A DNA stretch of 64,000 nt, from NCBI GenBank assembly GCA_964016885.1, contig OZ024741.1, positions 108,810,001-108,874,000 of the forward strand. The letters run 5' to 3'. Below are positions 54,497-64,000 of this stretch, in pieces. The stretch's first letter is position 1, and each line of letters begins with the position of its first letter. The translations under genes and the position numbers were made by a program. Under the pieces are notes generated by a model, which was not told the DNA's origin, ran no database searches, and was given only the letters and a program-made list of their open reading frames with translations. This stretch comes from Eledone cirrhosa (taxonomy: Eukaryota).

Positions 54497-55846
54497 ATGT
54501 CTGGAAAACAACAAATGAAATCAACAGAATCAGAAAGAATTCTAAAGGAGATATCATTGAAATTATCAACACTTACCACGATGATGGACACACAATCCTC
54601 TATTTTAAAGGAAATAGAAAAACAATCTACAGACGGAAAACTTATAACTGAACATATAAACTCTGAAATTAAGAATTTAGCTGAAATTATACCAACAGTT
54701 ATCAAAGATACAAGAGAAAGCCTACCACAACCCCCTTGGATGTCAGAAATAAACGAAAGAAATTTGGAAAACAAAACACATCGAATAAAAAAAGAAATGT
54801 GGAAGACATGGAAAAAATTCCTTAACATAAGAAAACAAAATTTCTGGAAAGCATACAAATGCGAAAAATATGTCGAAACACATTCGAAATGGCTCTCTCT
54901 AACGGCACCCATACTCCCTCGCAAATACCTAATTACAGAAATTGCAGGAGAACCAGAAGAAGAAACAAAACTCCGATGGGAACTTACATTGACAAAATTC
55001 AGGACCGACATCTCCATTTCTGAATGTAAACAATCCCGCTACAAAGCCAAATATGAAGCTATTGATGACCAAATTGAAGTTGAAATTTCAAAGCTAACGA
55101 CTGGTATTATAGCTGAACAACTACGAGAACTATGGATCAGAGATATCTCAAAAGAAGAAAACAAATCAAGAAAGGTATGGCAGCAGAATCAATTATTTCT
55201 CGACGAATATGCTGCAAATTACGGTAAAGATTCTGGAACCCTGAGAAAAAGCATTAAAAGTGGACAATCTCGTCAACACAACATACGCCAGAACACGTGC
55301 CAACACAAACACTCACCTTACCTTGAATCAAAGAAGAACTACGGTAATAACTCTTCGCTTTTTCTACAAAAACACCCTATCGCACACAACATGAACAAAA
55401 AGCACAAACACGATAGATATTCCTTTGACCAGACCATGAGAAGTAGTAAAACCAGGAGATCATTTTCAAGATCTCAACAGAGACTACCAACAAGGAATGT
55501 GGAAACAAAACGTAGAATAACCTGATCACTCTCAAGTTCTCAACAGAGATTGCCCACAAGAAACTGGACGAAAAAACGATCTAAACCTGAAAGCAAACCT
55601 AGGTCATTTCCCCAGATTGTCAAAAATAGTGCTAACAGGAAGAAAAATAATATACAGAATACCAAAAATAGGACAAAATACATAACGAAACCAAATATAA
55701 TATCACGACCAAAAGTTCATCAAGCGAACACCAACAGGAATATAAATCCTGAACAGAGAAAAATCCATTTTTTAACGTCAGGACAACAAAAACCGGAAAA
55801 AGAAAAACTCCAGGAGGAAACATACCCAAAACAACTGTACACGTAG
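54497..55846 (+). pseudogene. PLE ORF1: helical/coiled-coil-like N-terminus and basic tail, one in-frame TGA at 55523
   Basis: ORFs 54497-55525 and 55550-55846 are in the same frame. The TGA aligns with the Arg of an internal RSxSxSQQRLPTRN repeat. The coiled-coil nature is inferred from composition. Confidence 0.7.
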
Positions 55847-58060
55847 ATCCTAAAATAATTAATTTATCTAAAAGAGATCTTGACAATGATGAAATGCAAA
55901 TTCTGTCAAAAGGACTGAAATTCACACCGGCTCCAACAGTCAACCACCAAGAACTGAAGGAAGATACCCAAGAATTCTGTCGAAAATTACGTCTTGTAGA
56001 ATTCTTCGCTGATAAAAGTAATGAGAGTGATGAATCACTAGTAAAGAATAAATCAAATTTCACTCCGCCAAAAGGAAGAAATATCTATCTCGACCAATAC
56101 ATTGACATCCTGTCTAAATATCCTCTTAGACATAATACTAATGTTAGGCCAAACATTAACGAATCAGAAATGTCTGCACTTAAACGTATACAAAATGATA
56201 AAACAATAATAATTAAACAAGCAGATAAAGGGGGTGCAGTTGTTATAATGGATACTGAATACTACAAGGATTTGGTTGATGAACAACTGAAAGACACAAC
56301 ATTCTATCATGAAATACCGTCAAATATAGACCACAACATCATGAAGTAGATCAACAAATTGGCTTCAAAATACCACAACTCACTTACTGATAAGGAAAGA
56401 GACTACACCACCAATTTTGAGCCGAAACCCAGCAACCTGTATGGCCTACCGAAAGTTCATAAGTCAAAAGAAATACAACTGGCAGTAAGAGAACAAAACA
56501 GTGAGTACATTAAATTATTACACCCAAAAGACTTAAAACTTAGACCTATTATAGCTGGTCCAACATGCCCCACTCACCGTCTAAGCAATTTTGTTGACAT
56601 TATTTTGAAACCACTATGTATTCACATACCCAGTTTCATCCGGGATGATATCGACTTCCTGTCCCATCTTCCCAAAAACACGGAAACGAATTCACTTCTA
56701 CTCAGTTTTGATGTGGTAAGCCTTTACACCAACATTACACATGATTTGCGAATAAAGGCGGTTAAATACTGGGTGGAAAAACATAGAAAAGTGATTCCCA
56801 TCAGATTCACAGCGCCATTTATATTAGACGCAGTTAAACTTATTCTGGAAAACAACACTTTCTTCTTCAATGGAAAGAATTACATCCAAATTAGAGGCAC
56901 AGAGATGGGAACGAAGTTTGCTCCCGTTTACGCGAACTCTGTAATGGGATACTTAGAACAACAACTCTACCAAGAAATAGAGGAAAAATATCGTACTGAC
57001 TTTAGAAAGTACATTGAAAAATCTTGGAAGAGATACCTTGACGACTGTTTCATCATCTGGACAGAATCTCTAGATACTCTGGATGAGTTCAATATCCTCC
57101 TGAATAACCTACACCAATCTCTCCAATTCACAAAAGAGATGAGTAGGACCAAATTACCATTCCTAGATATAATGATAATCAAAAACGACACCACCATTAC
57201 CACGGATATATATTATAAACACACAGACACCCATCAATATCTGAATTTTAAGTCGTGCCATCCACCTCATACAAAACGCAACATCCCATACTGCCTAGCC
57301 AGAAGAATTTGTACCATTGTAGAAGATACGAATACCAGGTACAAACGCCTAACAGAACTAAGAGAATTTTTGCTCAAACAAAAATACCCATCTCTCAGCG
57401 GGCTATAAAAATACCTATACAACAACTTAGGACAACCCAAGGAAGAAGAAACCAAGAACTGGTCTTACCATTTATAATGACACACAACCCATGTCACCAG
57501 AATATCTTCAACACTGCCAAAACAAACCTACCGATCATTGCTCAAAGTAATGAATTAAAAGGCTTAATCACAGATCGATCTTTGACTCTTAGTAAAAGAC
57601 AGCCAAAAAATTTGAAGCAATTACTAACAAAAGCAAATTTGACCTTAACAACAAAGACCAATCATTCACTGTATCTAAATGCAATGATAGTCGATGCGGC
57701 ACATGTCAACCCATACACGCCGGTCAATATATGAAAACAAAAACTGGAAAAATATTCCCAAATGCAAATATGAACTGCAAAAGCAGAAATCTAATTTACT
57801 GCATTAAATGCCCGAATTGTGAAGAACTATATGTCGGTCAAACTGGAAATGCACTATCGGAACGTGCACGGGTACACCGTCAACAAATCAGAGACCCAAA
57901 TGTCCGTCAGATACCCCTAAGTAACCATCTAGCAACATGTGGTCAGGGAATATTTATAATATTCCCATTCTACAAATTACACAGCCCAAGTGAAATCAAG
58001 AGAAAAATCAAAGAAAAGAATTTTATTGAAAAATTCAAACCCAAGCTAAATGAACAATAA
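55753..58060 (+). pseudogene. PLE RT-GIY-YIG reading frame, disrupted by a TAG at 56347, a 19-nt deletion near 57396 and a 1-nt deletion near 57637
   Basis: IINLS, LSKGLKFTP and IKQADKGGAVV followed by sequence near-identical to the 610-aa inverted copy. Confidence 0.9.
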
Positions 58061-58134
58061 TAACGCTTAGGGGTATTACTTCTACTACCACTATGACTAC
58101 GACCACTAACAACAACAACAACAACAACAACAAC

Positions 58135-58174
<40 letters not shown>

Positions 58175-58471
58175 GTGATGTTGATGGTGATGATTAATAG
58201 AAAATGCTATTTTCATCATTTCTAAAAATAGCAAAACAATTGATGCTTTGGATATGATTAATTATTGGTCGTTAGACATGCTCAACCAGCCGTGACGCTT
58301 AAACCAATCAGCTTTAGTAATTCAGTGAAACTACACACTGATTGGTCGAAATACCGTTTGCAGGGCTTAGAATTCTGGAGCCACTTTTCCCTGTATAAAA
58401 TGTATAAAAGGTAGGAAATTTACCCATCTTATTACAGTTGAAAATTGCAAACTTGACTGTCACCACATATT

Positions 58472-58512
58472 ATGAACCTGAAGATTGCGAAAGCATGAAA
58501 GTACTTGTTCAA
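58472..58512 (+). ncRNA. PLE pseudo-LTR hammerhead ribozyme
   Basis: tgaac-CTGAAGA-ttgc(gaaa)gcat-GAAA-gtac-TT-gttca. Palindromic AGTACT stem III. Confidence 0.8.
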
Positions 58513-58693
58513 TTAACACTTAGAATTTAATATTCTATCATACTATTTCATTATAATACCATTATAAATTTTAAAGGATTGTAAATAAAACGAGTAAATC
58601 AGACAAAGTTGGAATTCCTCTTATTAATATAATCTTCTATACACAATCATACACACCCGTGTATATTTACCTATCTATCTATCTATCTATCTA

Positions 58694-58815
<122 letters not shown>

Positions 58816-59604
58816 CGTGTCTACAGGAGTGTGGGTGCATGCATATTTACGTATACGACTGCAGCTTGTTGAAGCTGGAAAGGTCAACAGAAATAATAGG
58901 TCTCTCCCTCTCAGATATGACTAACAATTACTATTGCCTGTGTCAGCAGCAACCAAGTATATGAAAGAAAATATAAATAAATGTATAGTTATCAGTAACA
59001 AGCAATAAACATAGAAAGCTGATTTTTTTGTTTCTCTAGTTAATAGTGTGCATTGTTTTTTTTTAAATTGCCTCGTGTGGATGTCATTTTTTATGACTTG
59101 ATATGTGTGAAATTATTAATGTAAATACAGAATTCATGTGAAGAAGAAATTTATTCTTACAAATACTTACATAAATACATAAATATTTACATACATACAT
59201 ACTTACATACATAGATATTTACATACATACATACTTACATACATGCACACGTACATTTATACATAATATATACATAATATATACATAAATACATACATTC
59301 GTACTCGCATGTGATGCCAGTTTTCGCAACAGATATGAGTACCGATCTGTTGGTATGAGATGATAACATAACAAAGACTTGACAGGAAAATCTATGGGTT
59401 TCTTTCAACCAAAACCACAAGAAAAAATAAAAAGGCAAGAAATTAACGGACTTAGCTAGTAAAATGTGCAACGTGTTAATGTTGGAAAAAAATAGACTGT
59501 TGTCAGGGGTCTTTAGAAAAGTTGTATATGTCCACCAATAAATATTGCTGACGAGGTAAATTAGCAGCTGTCTCTATTTGCATTTACTGTGTTGATAATA
59601 TATA

Positions 59605-59785
59605 TAGTAATAATAATAAATTTGAAGACTAAAATCCAAAGAGGGCTCGATAAGGATAAATATATATCAAATATATAAGAACCCTAGAGCAAATATTTAT
59701 AAAAATAACAGATTAAAGAATCGCTGCTTAAGGGTGAAAGCAGCGATTCTTTGCTTAAACTTTAATCTGTTATTTTAATAAATAT
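59605..59785. mobile_element. Family D short fold-back insert in TA-rich tract
   Basis: Pieces recur at 10985-11060, 23645-23746, 63765-63830 and 63863-63910. Contains TAAGGGT-GAAA-GCAGCG, an HHR-like 3' half. Confidence 0.55.
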
Positions 59786-60407
59786 ATATATATATACAAA
59801 TATTATTCAAATATCTTTGTTGTTAATGTTCAGAATTAAAGAATTATGTTGTAATCACATCTGCTGTATCCATGTACGTAAGAATTGGTATTAAATGTAT
59901 GGCATCCGACGTAGTATTGTTATATTATAAAAAAGGAAGCTACTTTTCTGTTTACATACTTCAATTTATTATATTATAAACATCCAAAATGCCATTTCAA
60001 AAGTATTAGACTCTTGTTACATAATGCTTACTTATTTCTAATATGTCATAATTAGACCGATGTAAATAATGTCTGACACATGAATAGTTGCATGTATGAA
60101 GCTGATTGTCCAAATTATTGTCGTCATGTTTCACATAAAATTAATAGTGAGGCTAATAAACAGAATATCAAACTTTTATTTTTCCGAAAGAACTTAAATC
60201 CAGACAAATTCACTTAGTTTAGCTGTCTAAAACTACATGCTTCCATAACTGAACCGCTTGGTACGGCCCTATCCCAAAGCTTAGTATGTACAATATTCCA
60301 GGACCTGCTAAATTTTCTACTAATTTATTTATATTTCCAATCGATTAGGAGACTTAAAACCATTATTCCCGTGCTTGATTTCCAACATTATTTCTATTAA
60401 GGGTGGG

Positions 60408-60500
60408 GGTGGCAGTATCGGTAGAGTGTCATACACCATGCTTGGCAGCATAGAGATATGTTCTGAGTTCAAATCCTGCCGAGGTTAACATCCTTACGGA
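60408..60500 (+). mobile_element. SINE family 1, partial
   Basis: TGGCAGTATCGGTAGAG...GAGTTCAAATCCTGCCGAGGTTAAC. Confidence 0.7.
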
Positions 60501-60625
60501 TTAACATCCATACGCTTATTTATATATATCTTTATCTTTACTTATAAAATATCACAAATGTTGCACTTATAAACAAACATATGAATTACGGAACTTTTCC
60601 CACCAGAGCATACCAAATTAGTGAA

Positions 60626-60830
60626 GGCGCGTGGCTTAGTGGCTAGAGAGTTGCGTTCGTAATCGTGAGGTTGCGAGTTCAATTCTAGGACCGTGTGATG
60701 TGTTATGTCCTTGAGCAAGACTCTTTATTTCACTTTGTTCTTTCTGCCAGATGTTGCAACCGGTAGATAGTATCAGCAATAGAAAGACAAATGGAAATAT
60801 TGTTTCCTTGGTCCGATCTGACGAGTTCCA
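60626..60830 (+). mobile_element. SINE family 2
   Basis: Matches 2407-2620. Confidence 0.8.
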
Positions 60831-62200
60831 CCGCACTCTACACGCGAATGAGTTCTGGGATCTTGTCGATCGGTCAGAGAGCGAGCATACCAAATTGACC
60901 GATGGAAAATAACAAAAAACCACCCTCATTACCCTGTTACCCTGGTCTCTAGCTTACACAGTGACACATAGGACCTGAACAGAACAAAGTTTATACTATT
61001 ATGTTGCACTGAAATTAACCCGTTACTGATATATTCGCCTCTATAATTAACTAAGAAGAAAATTACCACAATATAAAAAGATAAAGTACAAAGCAGAAAA
61101 TAACAACTTTATAACTCGAGATAACACCCACAGTAAAATGACCTGATGACCATGACAGTTAATGTTCCCATCAATCAAATTAATCTCTTCCTACTCACCA
61201 CTACTATGAAGGTAACTGCCCCACTTTAAAACCATGTAGCTGACAAAGAGGAATTGAATGACGTTTCTACAATAAACCATATTTCGACCAGACTTTGGAC
61301 AAGCAGCATCTGATGTCCAACTATTCATATATGAAATACATTATTTACATCTTTCTGATGATGATATATTAGATCTACATAACCATTACGTAATAATGGA
61401 AGAATACCTCATTAAAATATGCATTACTGGTGTTATAGAATATAACAAATTGAAGTATGGAAACAGCAAACAGTTTCTTCTATTTTATAAACACATACAC
61501 CCACAGAGCACACACACACATATATACATAAATGCACACACGTAATCAGGGATATATATATATGTATATATATATATATCGAGAATAGAAATGGATGTCT
61601 AGTTGCTATTTAAGGTAACTTAAAATGCAGTAGGAATACGAAGAAAGCAAGAACGGGGCGGAGGGAGTTTTCCTCATCAGTTGTCTACTGGGGTCCAGGA
61701 TATTTCTACACTTTAAAGACAAGATACCACTTCACCCCAGGGCGGCAATAACTGGATAAGTTATTGGAAAAACGAAGGAAGGGGGTAAGGAAAGCAAAGG
61801 GAAAGAAAAGAGAAACAATAACAAAACAGCGAAAAAAACCCACAAAGCGAGCAACTATATGTAGGAAATCATAGACCACTCGATAAAAGAACTTAAGTTC
61901 GAGACCGAGTAATCGAGAGAAATAAGACACACGTCTGGTGGCCGCAGTTGTAAGTGAGAAGAGAACTGCTAAACGGTCAGACGAAGGGGTGAAAGTGAGA
62001 GGAAGAAAGGGAGAGGAAGAAAGTGGGGTAAGAGTAGATAGGGAGAAGGGGAGAGGAAGAAAGAGGGGTGAGAGTAGAAAGTGTCGAAATAGGTAGGTAG
62101 AAGGATATATATATATATACGTATGCATGTATGTAAAAGGTAAACGGAAATAACAACACAATCGGTACAGTATATGGAAGGGATATATTAGGTTAACGCT

Positions 62201-62271
<71 letters not shown>

Positions 62272-62914
62272 TGTGCGTGTATTTATGTATATATGCATAT
62301 ATGAGTATTTTGTATGTATCTGTCTATATATATATATATTTATGTGTATATTATTAGAGGTTGCTTGAATGAAATCTTTGAATTTCAAGTTCAGATTTTG
62401 ATATATATTAACTGCAAAATATTAGAAGCTTCATTTAAATTAGCACAAAACAAAAACATTTTCGATACATCTACTGGTGCAAATTAGGTTCTTTCTCTTT
62501 GGGGTTTGATAATTGGGCCATAGTCTCCTATTTAATTTTTTTTTCTATGTTGAATAGATCCTGGATTTGTAGTTCTGTGTATTTCATAAATTATAGTCAT
62601 GTGACCCTCAAAGACTTTCAAAATGAAAAAATAAATAAAGAGAGCAAAACAAAATGCATAAACACTTTAAATAAGTTTTTTTCAGTAAATCCCAGTATAG
62701 TAGTTGCCCCGAAGTTTCGAATAGGATGCATTTTCAGATGAATGAAAGTTGATTTTATTTTTTTGATTTGAAATAAATATTTTCACATAAATCTATTGAA
62801 TTTGGTAGTAAATACATTTATGGCACACTGTTACAGTTGTTGTTATTGTGATTTGTTGTTATCAAATACTGCTGCTATATCTTCCAGCCTCATTGTTGAA
62901 GGACTAATCAAAAT

Positions 62915-63692
62915 GGATGTTTATCCCTCCTTCCTGAAACAGTACGGAGTACCTCGGCCCTTGGGATGGTGTCTACATTTTGTGCTTATAAAAAAAATTC
63001 GTCGTAGATTACCAGGGATTTAACTTAATTGGGTGCCTGAGAGTAAAATGTTCAACCCACGAAAGCCAAGACGATAGGGTTAAGTAAAATGGCATTCGAC
63101 AAACCGAACATGTATTTGTTGTGCTATGGTACAATGAAAGCAATAGCTACAGAGCAGTAAGCATGTGGGACTTCAGTGGTGGAGAGCATGAAGGAATTTA
63201 GTTGGATACTTTTAAGGTTACAGATTACAGGTCATAACGCAACCAAAATGGTAAACAATGCGGTCCCCGGGCAAAACTTTTAAATCTTTTTCAGTCAAGA
63301 GAATTTGTGAAACATATGTAAAGTTTTAAAACAATCGGTTGGGTACTTCTCGAGTTAAAGGCCCTAACGCAACGAAAACGCTTCAAAATCGGTTTTTCGC
63401 CTAATGCGGTCCCTGGATAAAAAAAAAAAGAAAATCTTTTAGGCTCAAAATACTTTAAACGACATAAGAATGCAAATCTTGAAGAAATTTTGAAGAAATC
63501 GCCTCGATTATTGTTCCGTTATGCCTAAAATATGCGGTTGTTCGCCTAATGCGCTCGCTAGGACATTGAAAATTTGAAATATTTTTTGGACAAAACACAC
63601 ACGATCATAAGTATTACATGTGTAAAGTTTTAAAAAGGTTGGTTGGGTGGTTCTCGAGTTTTAGGGGGACAGACAGACATTCTCTGTTTTAG

Positions 63693-63723
<31 letters not shown>

Positions 63724-64000
63724 CGCGCGCGCGTGTGTGTGTGTGTGCATATATATATATATATAGTAATAATAATAAATGTGAAGACTAAAATTCTTTC
63801 CTTAATCTTTAATCTGTTATTTTAATATATACTAGCAGAATGGCTCGGCGTTGCTTGGGATTTGCTCTAGGATTCTTATATATTTGATATATATTTATCC
63901 CTACCGAGCCTCGTGAAATAAATACGTTTGTTTATATTTTATTATTGTGTATGCAAAAATATATATATTAAAATAAGAGAATAAAGTTTAAGCAAAAAAT
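62915..64000 (+). mobile_element. Helitron-like repeat copy (62915-63700) and the start of another (63828-64000)
   Basis: Matches 10735-10840 and 11270-11430, with internal repeats of CGCCTAATGCGGTCCC. New 5' end ACTAGCAGAATGGCTCGGCGTTGCTTGGG at 63831. Confidence 0.55.

Larger units (their letters stand above)
54215..58680 (+). mobile_element. Full-length Penelope-like element flanked by direct pseudo-LTRs (54215-54455, 58436-58680)
   Basis: ~240-bp direct repeats, each with an HHR, enclosing ORF1 and RT-GIY-YIG. The element ends in TATC/TC/TA microsatellite. Confidence 0.92.

Noticed and set aside
55523-55525. In-frame TGA as selenocysteine or readthrough codon
   Set aside because: It aligns with Arg in the adjacent peptide repeat, so a CGA/AGA>TGA decay mutation is simpler.

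Overview
AT-rich eukaryotic (animal) intergenic or intronic DNA packed with (TA)n, (CA)n, (GA)n and (TATG)n microsatellites. The repeat profile suggests a cephalopod such as Octopus (inference). No host protein-coding gene is supported, and most ORF-track entries are microsatellite translations. Recognisable coding sequence is all transposon-derived: a Neptune-type Penelope-like element (PLE; RT + GIY-YIG) at 54.2-58.7 kb with a 5'-truncated inverted twin at 51.8-54.2 kb, a frameshifted R4/Dong-like non-LTR element (42.1-46.3 kb, minus), an L1/Tx1 RT fragment (15.7-16.8 kb) and a second GIY-YIG remnant (41.0-41.3 kb). There are also tRNA-derived SINEs, Helitron-like non-autonomous repeats, an RTE-like short repeat and a hAT-like MITE. 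Two results stand out. (1) About 17 type-I hammerhead ribozyme (HHR) motifs, from roughly a dozen sequence families, sit in short elements inserted in (TA)n tracts. Many form fold-back inverted repeats whose junctions fall in the ribozyme, and some carry core variants (U3-A8 covariation, U10.1-U11.1, very large loop II). (2) The full-length PLE has a gag-like upstream ORF that appears joined to the RT-GIY-YIG frame through a U_UUU_UUA -1 slippery site. All coordinates and RNA folds were read by eye, and element ends are approximate.
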